DNA of 64,000 nucleotides from NCBI RefSeq assembly GCF_006345805.1, contig NC_043002.1, positions 15,066,001-15,130,000 of the forward strand, in the 5' to 3' direction. Under the pieces are notes generated by a model. The model had not been told where the DNA came from, made no database searches, and saw only the letters and a program-made list of their open reading frames with translations. The position numbers and the translations under genes are program-made. This DNA is from Octopus sinensis (Eukaryota). Below, piece by piece: positions 1-12,420 of this stretch. Within the stretch, counting starts at the first letter, position 1; each line of letters begins with the position of its first letter.

Positions 1-106
1 TGTTACCTGGTCTGTGCGCAGAGTAAGGGTTGAAAACCTTTTTGCTAGTTCTTCCGTATGGAAGTGAACTTGCACGGTAGCAAATTTACTTCCCCAATTC
101 ACATAA

Positions 107-137
<31 letters not shown>

Positions 138-138
138 T

Positions 139-205
<67 letters not shown>
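107..205. repeat. (GATA)n microsatellite
   Basis: Direct reading: near-perfect ATAG tandem array. Confidence 0.95.
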
Positions 206-1035
206 CATCCAATGATACAATCTCCTTCGCTTTCACTCTTCGTAATGTCTATCTCAATATCTTTATACAAATATAATCATACAGTAACATATATTTTAGA
301 GCTAGATTACTGCAAATATAAACATATGTATGCATATATATATGTCTATGTCTGTGTTAATGTGTGTGTGTGTTATTTTATGTTTGTCTCTTTGTACATA
401 GATATTCATAGATGCAAAAAGTGTGCGCATATATAAATGCACAGCTTGTGCAGATGTTTTATGCTTTTTAATATATTTATGCGTTTAACTCAATTCCGAT
501 ACATTTGTGAACACTTATCAGGCCCAATTCTAATATACTTTTCAAATACTGTATGTATCGTCATATTTCCTATGACAAGCATAAACGTGAGTATATTGAT
601 TGCTACTAATAGCAAAACTAAAATAATGATCAATAAAAATATATATCAAAAAAGGAGAAAAATAGTATGTACATTAAAAAACACAAAGATGTGCGTACAT
701 ACATACATACAGAAAAGTTATAACTTTCTTCGAAACTAATCAAAACATATTACGTGATGTACATATTAATGGAATATTTATCGACTCAGCTATAAGTGTT
801 CGTTACTAAGGAGTAGGTAATTTCCAGATTCATTTCAAAGTATTTATCGAGAAAAATGATTCATCGGTTCATCACGTTCGTGATTTAGGATTTTGGTTAC
901 ATATATTTATCTATCTGCCAAACTATTTATGTGTGTATATATACATGAATGTATGTATGTGTATGTATGTAAATATAAATATATAGAGAGAAAGAGAGAA
1001 ATACAGATATATGCACGTATCTATCAATGTGTATG

Positions 1036-1068
<33 letters not shown>

Positions 1069-1090
1069 CTATATATATATATATATATAG

Positions 1091-1393
1091 CACGTGACCA
1101 CATGACCGACCAGACCATCAGATGTTGCTACACATCGCTGATCACAATGCCTTCGCATTGTTTTAACCTTCGAATGACGCCACCCCGCTGGCTAAGCGAG
1201 CAGGCCAACAGTAGAAAGAGTGAGAGAAAGAGTGGTGAAAGAGTACAGCAGGGATCGCCACCTTCCCCTGCCGGAGCCTCGTAGAGCTTTAGATGTTTAC
1301 GCTCAACAAACACTAACAACACCCGCTCTGGGAATCGAAACCTCTATCCTACGACCGCAAGTCCGCTGCCCTAACCACTAGGCCATTGCACCT
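1091..1393 (-). mobile_element. tRNA-derived SINE family A, tail type 1
   Basis: Minus strand begins GGTGCAATGGCCTAGTGGTTAGGGCAGCGGAC (box A) ... GGTTTCGATTCC (box B). Head and body match the copies at 8296, 24228 and 26409; the tail matches 23167-23283. Confidence 0.85.
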
Positions 1394-1419
1394 GCACACC
1401 ACACACACACACACACACA

Positions 1420-1470
<51 letters not shown>

Positions 1471-1561
1471 ATATTAATTCGAGACAAAACCACTATTTTG
1501 CAAAACAAACAAGGAAAGACTTAATCAATACATAACATTTTAATATAAAGTAAATAAACCG

Positions 1562-1605
1562 CCACTACAATCGTTTCATGTCGTCAAATGACATTCGTCA
1601 GGTGG
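1562..1605 (-). ncRNA. Minimal type I hammerhead ribozyme motif
   Basis: Minus strand: CCAC CTGACGA ATGTC-atttgac-GACAT GAAA CGATTG TA GTGG; helix I 4 bp, helix II 5 bp, GUA cleavage triplet. Confidence 0.7.
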
Positions 1606-1657
1606 ATTTCCGATTTTCAAATCAGTTTCAATTGAACCTGATTTGAAAATCGGAAAT

Positions 1658-1701
1658 CCACCTGACGAATGTCATTTGAAGACATGAAACGATTGTAGTG
1701 G
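1658..1701 (+). ncRNA. Minimal type I hammerhead ribozyme motif
   Basis: CCAC CTGACGA ATGTC-atttgaa-GACAT GAAA CGATTG TA GTGG; predicted cleavage after 1697. Confidence 0.7.
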
Positions 1702-1869
1702 CGGTTTATTTACTTTATATTAAAATGTTATGTATTGATTAAGTCTTCCTTGTTTGTTTTGCAAAATAGTGGTTTCGTCCCGAATTAATATTATATAATA
1801 TTTTACTATAAAATTGGATTTAATCCTAAATCTGATTTTTTTTCCCTGTAGATTTGGATTTATTCCTAA

Positions 1870-1964
<95 letters not shown>

Positions 1965-1990
1965 GTATGTATGTATATATGTTGTATATT

Positions 1991-2240
1991 GGTGGAGGCG
2001 CATGGCTTAGTGGTCAGGTGTCAGCATCATGATCGTAAGATTGTGGTTTCGATTCCTGGACCGGGGGAGGCATTGTGTTCTTGAGCAAAGGACTTCATTT
2101 CACGTTCCTCCAGTCCACTCAGCTGGCAAAAATGAGTATCGCTGCGATGGACTGACGTCCCGTCCAGCTGGGGGACACATACGCCATAGAAACCAGGAAG
2201 CCGGGACCATGAGCCTGGCAAGGCTTTAAAAAAAGGCACA
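1991..2240 (+). mobile_element. tRNA-derived SINE family B with V-domain-like core
   Basis: TGGCTTAGTGG box A, GGTTTCGATTCC box B, central GCGATGGACTGACGTCCCGTCCAG resembling the V-SINE core, ends in (TTTA)n. Confidence 0.7.
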
Positions 2241-2815
2241 TTTATTTATTTATTTTATGTTGTATGTTATATTCTTATGCATACGTACATACACCAGTAT
2301 CTAACTATCGTTCTGACCATTTCTCTGTCTGTCTGTCTGTCAGACTGCGCATAACTATGTACTCTTTTTCTACATTGAGAATGATTATCCTAGACAAAAT
2401 GAATTGAATGGTCTTGTTATGCATTCATTCGAGCTGACCTGAAGTGTTCTACTCATTTTTTTCTTTAGTGAAGAAATTTCTATGCGACAAATGCAAGTGA
2501 TGGCCTCTTAGGTTTTACAATATATCTCAAAAATATTTCAACTCTTATATGTGTGTATGTGTGTATATGTGCGTGTGTGTGTGCGCATGTGTGTGAACAG
2601 GTATCTGCATGCGTGTGGTGCACTAGTGTTTGTTGGGTCTGTTATAATACGTAAAGGTAAATTTTACTTCAGAAAGCACCCTTATAAAATAGTTTATATA
2701 TAAATAATTCTAACATTCATTGCATAGAATTTACACAAACACCCACACAAACACAAATAATATGTATATATATACACACACTATATATATATGTTTACAT
2801 AGATGTACCCGCGTG

Positions 2816-2863
<48 letters not shown>

Positions 2864-3011
2864 TATGTGAAATAGAAAGATGAATAATCTTGTTGTAGAT
2901 TAATCAAAAGTTAACCGATACCTTAGTAGCAAAAATCACAGCAGTAAACAGCACGGTTGGAGGTACAACCATCTGGCGTTGCAACCGTGCGTTGGTGCGG
3001 ATAATTGAAAT

Positions 3012-3203
3012 TAAAACATTATTGGTGAATTGAGGAAATGGAGCTGAACGCAGATTGAACAGAAATCGTTTTATTTCATTCTACACGTGTTTCGAAAGGC
3101 ACAAATTACCAAAATCCGATTGAAACACGTGTAGAATGAAATAAAACGATTTCTGTTCAATCTGCGTTCAGCTCCATTTCCTCAATTCACCAATAATGTT
3201 TTA
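3012..3203. repeat. Perfect 82-bp inverted repeat with 28-nt spacer; inner ends are the 3' half of a hammerhead
   Basis: 3012-3093 is the exact reverse complement of 3122-3203; each inner end reads GAAACACGTGTA outward. Confidence 0.85.
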
Positions 3204-3209
3204 TATATA

Positions 3210-3252
<43 letters not shown>

Positions 3253-3622
3253 TATATATATTATATATAGATACAAAAAATTCAGAGTGAATACTTGATA
3301 ACTGTAAGCACATGTATATGCCAGCTAGTGGTATAGGTGATAGGATATATGTGTGTATATGTATATATATATTATATATATATATATATATACATATACA
3401 CATGCGTATATATAGATATGTGTGTGTGTGTATATACATACACATATACTTACATACCTATACATGATCATACACACATGTACACAAAGACACACATACA
3501 CAAACATATATAGACTACAGTGTATACCAGTCTAATGAGCCGTGATAATACTACCATACTACTTACATAATTGTACGAGAATATACTTATATTTGCGAGT
3601 ATTTGTCTTTTATGCAAGACGT

Positions 3623-3664
<42 letters not shown>

Positions 3665-3669
<5 letters not shown>

Positions 3670-4499
3670 CTTATGCTTTCCTAAAAACTTGATTTCGAAA
3701 CGTACGTCCGTAGATAACTTAAAAATGTATGATAGATTGCCGTCAATTCATTCCCTCTTACCTGTTTGTGTCTGCCTTCCAATTGCTGTTTTTACTGAGA
3801 TCTCCCTTTTTAGTAGAAGAAATAGCTATAACTCTTTGACTGCTATTTCTAAATTCGGTATGTGGTAAGGCAATTCGTTGCTAAACCCTTTATTGCTTAG
3901 TATTACTTAAATTTTCCTCGAATGAGGCTTTTACATGCCGAAGACTACTTGGTGTAATTGATAATTATTCCAAATTAATTAATTTCGCCCTTCATTATTA
4001 CGGATAACCATATTTTATCTCAGTAGATGACCAGCATCTTGTTTTGGCTACACGCGGGTGGGAAGGGGTTGGTGACACAATCGTTTCATTCACAAATTGA
4101 ATTCGGTGATACTAGTTGCGGATTCTAGCTCGCTCTGATACTGAGTTGAGTTGATGCCTTCTAGTATCTCAAAATTCAATATATAATCATTTATGATTAT
4201 AGTATTCTACGCTGAAGAGAAAAGAAGTTTCGGTAAGATAGAATTATTTAATATTTAATATTTAATTCTTATGCTTCCTAAAAACTTGATTTCGAAACGT
4301 ACGTCCGTAGATAACTTAAAAATGTATGATAGATTGCCGTCAATTCATTCCCTCTTACCTGTTTGTGTCTGCCTTCCAATTGCTGTTTTTACTGAGATCT
4401 CCCTTTTTAGTAGAAGAAATAGCTATAACTCTTTGACTGCTATTTCTAAATTCGGTATGTGGTAAGGCAATTCGTTGCTAAACCCTTATTGCTTAGTAT
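3665..4499 (+). mobile_element. Young non-coding retrozyme/PLE-like element with about 238-bp direct repeats
   Basis: 3665-3903 and 4263-4499 are identical except for two 1-nt indels; both ends abut (TA)n; contains an intact hammerhead. Confidence 0.7.
4206..4311 (+). ncRNA. Type I hammerhead ribozyme, canonical core, extended helix II
   Basis: TCTACG CTGAAGA GAAA...TTTC GAAA CGTACG TC CGTAGA; 6-bp helix I, G10.1-C11.1 pair, palindromic ACGTACGT helix III, GUC site after 4305. Confidence 0.85.
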
Positions 4500-4699
4500 A
4501 TATATATATATATACATATATATATTATATATAATATATATATATTATAGAGAGAGAGAGAGAGGTCATGAAAAGTAATTGTGTCAATAAGACCTAAAGA
4601 TGTTAGGTAATGCTGAGTAAGTGCTATGGACAGACAATAATTAATCTCCAGTTTCGGTGATTATGCGAATAAGGAGTCCAACGTAGTTCATATACAAGC

Positions 4700-5724
4700 A
4701 TGTGTATATTAAAAAAAATTCTCAAGAACGATATAAAAAACGAACGCTTTGAAGAATTTACAACTGTTTTTGTGACATTTTATATATCACTTCATCGGTG
4801 ACCGTGTGAGAAAATGGTTATGCAATAATTAATTTAGATCAGATATGAAATAGAGAATGAAATGAAGGAATGAAAATAGACGTGAGATATGTAGGACTAT
4901 GGCATTTGTAGATCCATTATTTAGGCAGAATGATATACATATATGATTCCAACATCTTGTGAGTAAAATCCAATATCATTTAAAATTGGTCATTCCAAGT
5001 ATAGAGTTTCTCCACAGTGCTATTGAATCGAGGGTTATTTAAAGTGATCTGAAAGTAGAGAATGTATTTGTAAGGTCCAATGGACAGAAGGAAGAGAGGA
5101 ATAAAGAAAAAGGAAGAAAAGAATGAAAAGCAAGAGATAGTAAAGAGATGAAGATAGGGAATGTGTACCAGTTAGTGGTCAGTCAACATAAATTGATAGT
5201 ATTCCACCATATTACTACCCTTATCACCCTCTCTCTGCCCCATCACTTAGGCTCTATCACTACATAACTAGCATTCATTTTCTTTTTACACTCGTATACC
5301 TGTCTCCCTATTACCCCACATTCCTTCTATCTGACACTCCTTTACTCATTACCCTATAAATTTTACGTCAATTTAAATAAACCCACGATTCAATTTCAAT
5401 GTATAAACCCTATACTTGGAATGACCAATTTTAAATACTCTTGGAATTTACTCACAAGGTATTTAAATCTTATATGTATACAATTCTGCCTAAATATTGG
5501 ATCTACAAATTCAATATCCCTGCATATCTCACATCTATTTTCATTCCTCCACATCACTCTCTATTTCATATCTTATCTAAATTAATTGTTGCTTAACCAT
5601 ATTTCTCACACCGTCTCCGATGAAGGAATATATAAAATATCCCGGAAAGAGCAGTAAGGCCTTCTATTTATAAATATTCTAAATATTTCACGGCCTTGGT
5701 TTTTTTATCTCATTCTAAAATTTA

Positions 5725-5725
<1 letters not shown>
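4700..5725. mobile_element. Old inverted pair of PLE-like repeat copies with decayed hammerhead motifs
   Basis: About 4751-5045 is a diverged reverse complement of about 5368-5664. CCGATGA...GAAA-like motifs lie at 4756-4802 (-) and 5613-5660 (+). Confidence 0.6.
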
Positions 5726-5767
<42 letters not shown>

Positions 5768-6062
5768 ATAGGGAGAGTTTACGAAAAAAGAAAAGACGAA
5801 GACAGGTAGTGTACAAAACAAACAGAGGTATTTGTATAACGCTCAGGAATAGAAAAAAGTATTTTACGTTTTGAGCCTAACTACCAAGTTCTACTCACAA
5901 ATATTTACTCGGCACGGTGTTATAGTTGAAAACTCTTGATGAAAATGCGCAGCAATGAGACTGAATCTAGAAGCATGTGCTTGCGTAGCAAACGTCTTAG
6001 CAAACAGCCAGTCTTGCACCTATACTTCCATATATACATTAATACATACAAACATGTAAGTG

Positions 6063-6106
<44 letters not shown>

Positions 6107-6281
6107 TGTGTGTGTGTACATGTTTATATGATTAAATACATGCACACATGTACTAGTGATATTTTGTGTGTATCTGTGTGTGTATGTATACACACACTGA
6201 AAAACAAACGCATATTTAATTCACATGTAATCTATGCAAGTATGTAAGCATGTGAATATATGTATGTGCGTATATATATAT

Positions 6282-6333
<52 letters not shown>

Positions 6334-6437
6334 TATATATATATATATATAATATATATACATATGTATATTTATTGTCTTCTACATGTGTCTCTATGTA
6401 TCCCTTTTTTTCTTTCTCATACATACATACATACATA

Positions 6438-6491
<54 letters not shown>

Positions 6492-8295
6492 ATATATGCC
6501 CATTACAAATATTTCTTTTTAGATATAGCAAACAAAAGAATATATTTATTCACTGTTCTGCTTGAACGACGTTGCTATGGAAAATGAAGAACGGAAATCA
6601 AATATGTAATATTAAAACATACTCATTGCTTTTTTTCCCCCTCAGCTTTGTTATTTTGACTTTCTATCATTTATTTTCATTTTAAAACATCTTAAATCGT
6701 TCTTTGTTTCACATATCTGTATTTTCTTCCGTTTTTTTTTTTCCCCGACTCTCTTTGTCACTGATTTTCCCTTTTATTTCTTTATATTTGTTTCAATAAA
6801 TTTCCCTGGCATACGCTTTGAATGCTTCATTTATCACGGTTAATTTTAATCAGTTTGACGTACTTGAAAGTATTATAAAATCCCTCATAATATCATTTTT
6901 TTTTCTTCCTCGTTTAAATTCATATATTCTGCATACGACAATAAACAAATATAATCTATGCTCTCATTGATTTCTTCATGATATTTTCCTATTACCTTCT
7001 CTGACTCTTTTACTTCTACGTTAGTTTGGAAATCACACTCTCTTAGATTTCTATTCTTCTCGCTTACTTTTACAACGATAAACGTACAAGTACGCAATCT
7101 AAGTAGTATTTATATCTGTTTTAAACATTCTCTTTCACATGCATTTTTAAAATTTTCTTAATCTGTTTGAAGATTAGTGCTGCCTAGCTGGTTTTAAATC
7201 TAGCTCTTGTCTCTTTGTTTATCTGATATCCACTGCAAACACGTTCATAAATAACTAATACTTACACATAGAAGTGTATATACGGAAACACACAGAACTA
7301 AATGTATGTAATGAATATAAGAAAAACGCAATTACATAGAATAATGTATAGTTACGTTGGTAGGCAAAGAGATGCATATATAAGTGCGTGCACAAGTGAA
7401 TACAGTGGGCATGTTTGATAGTATGGATACATTGTAGTGTATGTACAATACTACAATTTCTTCCCCTTCGTTTCACTCGAAAACAAAATATCTTTCCAAG
7501 AAAAATATTTATATTCAAAACATATCTAAACACTATCCTTCTTCATCTCAGATTCTGCCTGTGTGTCTGCGGGTTTGTGTGTTTGTGTGTGAGTGTAAGG
7601 GCGTGTGTGCGCGAGTGTTGTTATATATATATATATATTCGTGTATATGTGTTATATATGTGTGTTTATATATAATAAAATCGACAAAAATTCTTCGATG
7701 AAATTATTGCGGAAAATACCAAAATTAATTTTTTCGGACATTCTGTCTTCAGCACAGTGTTAACAGGTGTAAAATTAAAGAGACAGCACAGTATATTTGA
7801 AACTCATTACTACGGGAGTCGCTGGCATATACTAGGAGAGAAAAGCTTGTTCCAAGACATACAAGGAAGGAGGAATGAAATATGAGGTTAGTTAAAGGCA
7901 TGACTTAGGTGAAGGGGAGAGTTGAGATGAAATGTAAGAAAAGAGAAACTGAAGAGGAAATGTAAAATTAGGTAAAATATTCATTTAAACCGGTTGGACA
8001 CATGATGCCGATTTCCTGGAGTTTATATAGAACCACGGATTGCAGAAAGACCGCACATTGGTAAGTGAGACAGAGAGGGCTTGTTCTGCTGAAGCGGACT
8101 GTGAAAGGTTCACTTAGACTGGGTAATGATAGGCTTTGGAAAGTTGGAGTTTACATTCTCTACAACAAGTTCAGTATAACCTATCGATTTCACTAAGTGA
8201 TATTAATGCTACATCAATAATTACCACACACACACACACGCACACACGCACACACACACACACGCACACATGTACACGCATACACAATCACATAA

Positions 8296-8676
8296 GGAAG
8301 CACTCCGTCGGTTACGACGATGAGGGTTCCGGTTAATCCGAATCAACGGAACAGCCTGCTCGTGAAATAACGTGTAAGTGGCTGAGCACTCCACAGACAC
8401 GTGTACCCTTAACGTAGTTCTCGGGGATATTCAGCGTAACACAGAGAGTGACAAGGCCGGCCCCTTGAAATACAGGTACAACAGAAACAGGAGGTAAGAA
8501 TGAGAGAAAGTTGTGGTGAAAGAGTACAGCAGAGATCACCACCATCTCCTGCCGGAGCCTCGTGGAGCTTTAGGTGATTTCGCTCAATAAACACTCACAA
8601 CGCCCGGTCTGGGAATCGAAACCGCGATCCTATGACCGCGAGTCCGCTGTCCTAACCACTGGGCCATTGCGCCTCC
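8296..8676 (-). mobile_element. SINE family A, tail type 2, with 13-bp TSD
   Basis: Family A head with box A/B; TSD ACACAATCACATA at 8282-8294 and 8679-8691. Confidence 0.9.
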
Positions 8677-8904
8677 ACACACAATCACATACACATGTAA
8701 AAAGTATATAGGCTGCTAAGTATATCGGGCAGAAAGCAGAGTGGCAGAGTAATCCTTCATTCCCTTTTTTCAGTCAAATACACAACATTGCTATTTAATT
8801 ATAGAAGATTCTACATTTATGTTCGACCTGCCATCATATTTCGATGAAAACTATTTGTTCTGTTATTTGGAAGGCTATTCTCACACGGACATAAATAGAG
8901 ATAT

Positions 8905-9072
8905 CTTTGATATTTTGAGCCTACTGTTCTCGACAGAAATGGATGAGTGGAAAGAAAATTGAGAGGGAATAAAAAAAGAAAAGATGAGAGAAAATAATGT
9001 GCTGGGATTGCGATTCTCTTTATAATGTTTATAACAAGCGCTTGACTAGGAAGGTCTTATGGTTGAAAACAC
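8905..9072. repeat. Dispersed repeat; second copy at about 10215-10372
   Basis: Both copies share GAATGGATGAGTGGAAAGAAAATTG...GGGATTGCGATT...GGTTGAAAACACAT. Confidence 0.7.
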
Positions 9073-9443
9073 ATCTATCCCTAAATTTTATCATTTCATT
9101 GATACTTGTATCAGACACTGGAGGGATGGTGATGGTGGGACCCCGTCTTCAATGCTTTTTGTCGAGCAAATCATCTTCAATATATTTTTCTACATCCACC
9201 ACATTCGCTCTCGGTCCCTTTTGACGACCTTCCAGATAACTGCTGCGTAAACAAGGAATAAGATAGAGAAGCAGACGGGCGGCGAAAGACACAGATACCT
9301 TAAAACATATATACATATATGTGTGTGAATGTTTTTATATATACATATATATAATAAGTGTAGAAATTGATATTAATCCATTAAAACCAGTCGCTTAGTA
9401 TATTTAAAAAATCCAAAGATCAAAAATTGCGCCACTTAGAAAA

Positions 9444-9624
9444 TTAAGATGAATCACCACTACAGAGGACACCTATTATGCTAAACATTGTCATTTGTCT
9501 GGCTGATTTTTACATTTCGGCGTTTTCCTGAGATTCTTACTGAGAACACATTCTTCCTGGTAGTGGCAATTTGGCGTCTATGTTTAGCATATTAGGTGTA
9601 CACTTTAGTGGTCATTCCCCTTAA
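9444..9624. repeat. Inverted repeat with about 45-bp arms and about 90-nt spacer
   Basis: CACCTATTATGCTAAACAT pairs with ATGTTTAGCATATTAGGTG. Confidence 0.6.
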
Positions 9625-9724
9625 TTTTGTATATATATTGCTCTCTCTCTCTATATATATATATTAGAAATATTTAATTTCTAAATGTCTCAGTGAGACA
9701 TGAGCGGTGGTGGAGCGGTAGACT

Positions 9725-9928
9725 GGTTGTATACTGTCAACATAACGTGACAGTCCCGTAAAGGGAGTGCAGGCCCAAGCTAGTGGGGGCTGCTTGTCTC
9801 ACCTTCCCAAATATAAGGACACAGGAAATGTGTCAAGGCCGACAGGAAGCGTTGATGCTTACTAGGGCTAATAGCGGTGGGGTGATTCCCTTTACGGGAC
9901 TGTCACGTTAAGTTGACAGTATACAACC
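9725..9928. mobile_element. MITE-like element with 42-bp terminal inverted repeats
   Basis: 9725-9766 and 9887-9928 match at 41/42 positions as reverse complements; no clear TSD. Confidence 0.6.
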
Positions 9929-9944
9929 TGTCTCTCTCACTCAC

Positions 9945-10040
<96 letters not shown>

Positions 10041-10062
10041 TTAATATAATATATATATAATA

Positions 10063-10110
<48 letters not shown>

Positions 10111-11736
10111 TTATATATATATATATACATATACATACTTCTAGTACCTAGAAAACGAAAGACAACAAGCAGGTGTATTAGTTTTTTTCTCGGGAAGAAT
10201 AGAAAAATTTGATATTTCGAACCTAATTTCTCGATAGAATGGATGAGTGGAAAGAAAATTGAAAGGGAATAAAAAAAAAAAGGAGAGAGAACATAATGTG
10301 CCGGGATTGCGATTCACTTTATAATGTTTATAACAAGCTCTTGTCTAGGAAGGTTTTACGGTTGAAAACACATGCCTAAGGTGTACGGCAGTACTTACAA
10401 CCTAAAAACCATGTGGATGCAAAGTAAAGTTCCTAACCACGAAGCCATATTTGAGCCTTAAGTATGGTTTCTCTGCAATTCAATTTTTTCGTTATATCCA
10501 TAGCCTATAAATTTTATTTACTGTCCTTCCATAGTAACGTGATTACAGTTAATTTCCATTTAAGCTTCAGTTCGGATTAAGCAAATAGATGATTCTAAGA
10601 TACTAAGTGATAAAAATCATTGGGAATAAGCAGTAGGATCATGTAACTAAGGGAGAGGAATAAACTGCAAAAAGAAAGAAATTGTGAAAAAGCAACAATG
10701 AAAACTATATCGAAAGAGACATAATGATAGAAAGATTTCATATTTAGGAAAATACTGTACGTGATATATACATACATGCGTGCATATATATATATATATA
10801 TATACATATTTATATACACTTACATACATGTACATATAAATCTATAGAGAGATATATGTGTATGTATGTATTTATATATATATATACTTACATATACATT
10901 TGTAAATATATATATATATATATTATATATATATATATACTTACATACACATACACATACATATACATCTATATAAACACATAAATATACGCACAAGATG
11001 CTGTATACATAGATTGCATAAGCTCAGTAATATATGCATATATGTGTATATATGTATTTGTGTGTATATGTGTTTGTGTGTTTGTGCGTGTGCATGAGTG
11101 TGTATGCGTATATGCATGCTTTTTTCTGTGCATGTGGTTTTGTGTGCGGGATTTTTTGTTGTTCTTGTTTCGCCTATTGACGCTGCTGATGACGCTTATA
11201 GAGATATATAGATTATAGCGTAGTAGAATGCTGGAAATGATAGTGAAAAAAGATAGTCTGAATACATCTAAATTGATTTTAATTCTATAAATATATGTGC
11301 GTGTGTGTGTGTTTGTGTGCGCCTATGTTCAATAATGTGAATAAGTGTCTAAAAGAGCAACAACAAAAATTGAGAGTAAAAACTCGACAGCGATTGGTTT
11401 AATTGTACGTATGCATGAAATATGCGAAACCATTCTCTGCGCTGTTTAGTTTGATGGAGTGGAAAATGTTGCTTCTATTGTTCAAAGGCTGCTTATGAAA
11501 TCTTTCATTGATCGCTTTTGTGTTGACCGTTTTATTTGAATATCTTTTACCTTAGAGCTTGTTATTCTGTTTGAAAATATTTTTAATGCAGTTCTGTTAC
11601 ATATTATTGTGTTGTTGATGTATACAGTTGGGATTTTGATATTCTTTTAGATATTATATATGGAATTTTTAAATACTTTAGTTCACGTGAAACGTTTATC
11701 TTATCCTGAATTTCTTTCACATGTATGTATACATAT

Positions 11737-11773
<37 letters not shown>

Positions 11774-11895
11774 TTTATATGACTGTGTATGAAAATATAT
11801 ATGTGTATATATCTAAGCATATATGTTATATATATTTAAATCTGTCTATATGCATATATGTGTGTTAGCATATGTATATATATATACAAACAGCC

Positions 11896-12056
11896 AGCGT
11901 TGCTGCGTGGTACGGTGCCTGCTTTCCATCCACATACTTCCGGGTTCAGTCCGACTGCGTGACACCTTCAGCATGTTTCTTCCACCATATCCTTGGGCCG
12001 AGCAAAGACTTGTGAGTGGATTTGGTGAGAGGAAACTGAAAGAAGACCGTCGTATA
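11896..12056 (+). mobile_element. SINE family C, 5' half
   Basis: Matches the head of 14548-14945 (GGGTTCAGTCC box B, TTGTGAGTGGATTTGG...GAAACTGAAAGAAG) up to the internal microsatellite. Confidence 0.75.
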
Positions 12057-12069
12057 TATGTATATATAT

Positions 12070-12138
<69 letters not shown>

Positions 12139-12139
12139 T

Positions 12140-12420
12140 ATATATATATATATATAAAACTGAAAATGTGTGTATGTCTGTCTGTGTGTTCCCTAAAACT
12201 TGAGAACTACTCAACCAATTTCATTCAAATTTTACACATGCCTTACTTAGGGTCCCGGGAGTGTCATCGGCAAAAACATCTTCAACTTCTTGCCTAGAGC
12301 GAGCCCATAGCAACCTCATATATTTTCCACTATTTCAGTATTACGTGTTAAAAGTGAAACAAAAACGCTTCTCTATTTTATGTGAAATACTTTCACTTTA
12401 ACAATAAAAATAATAACAAT
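12140..12420 (+). mobile_element. Helitron-like non-autonomous element, 5' portion
   Basis: TATATAAAACTGAAAATGTGTGTATGTCTGTCTG...AACTTGAGAACTACTCAACCAATTTCATTCAAATTT resembles the 5' ends of short Helitron-like elements. Confidence 0.5.

Larger units (their letters stand above)
1465..1797. mobile_element. Near-perfect fold-back palindrome, probably a Penelope-like pLTR remnant, carrying two hammerhead motifs
   Basis: Arms of about 165 bp centred on CAA|TTG at 1631/1632 with no spacer; about 5 differences counted by eye. Confidence 0.8.

Noticed and set aside
1091-1206. Possible HDV-like ribozyme in SINE A tail 1 (TTAGCC...CGAA GGCTAA pseudoknot-like pairing on the minus strand)
   Set aside because: Only about 17 nt separate the putative P2 strands, too few for P3, L3, P1 and P4, and no P1 partner exists.
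1320-1393. tRNA-like sequences in the SINE heads
   Set aside because: They have box A/B but continue into SINE bodies and tails without a complete cloverleaf; they are SINE promoters, not tRNA genes.
5936-6000. TTGATGA...TAGCAAACGTC hammerhead-like remnant
   Set aside because: C3 and G12 are missing and there is no helix I pairing; too decayed to call.
8905-8942. Minus-strand CTGTCGA...GCTC AAAA motif (relative at about 10218)
   Set aside because: Core A6, GAAA and helix III are altered in both copies, so a ribozyme cannot be supported without a consensus.
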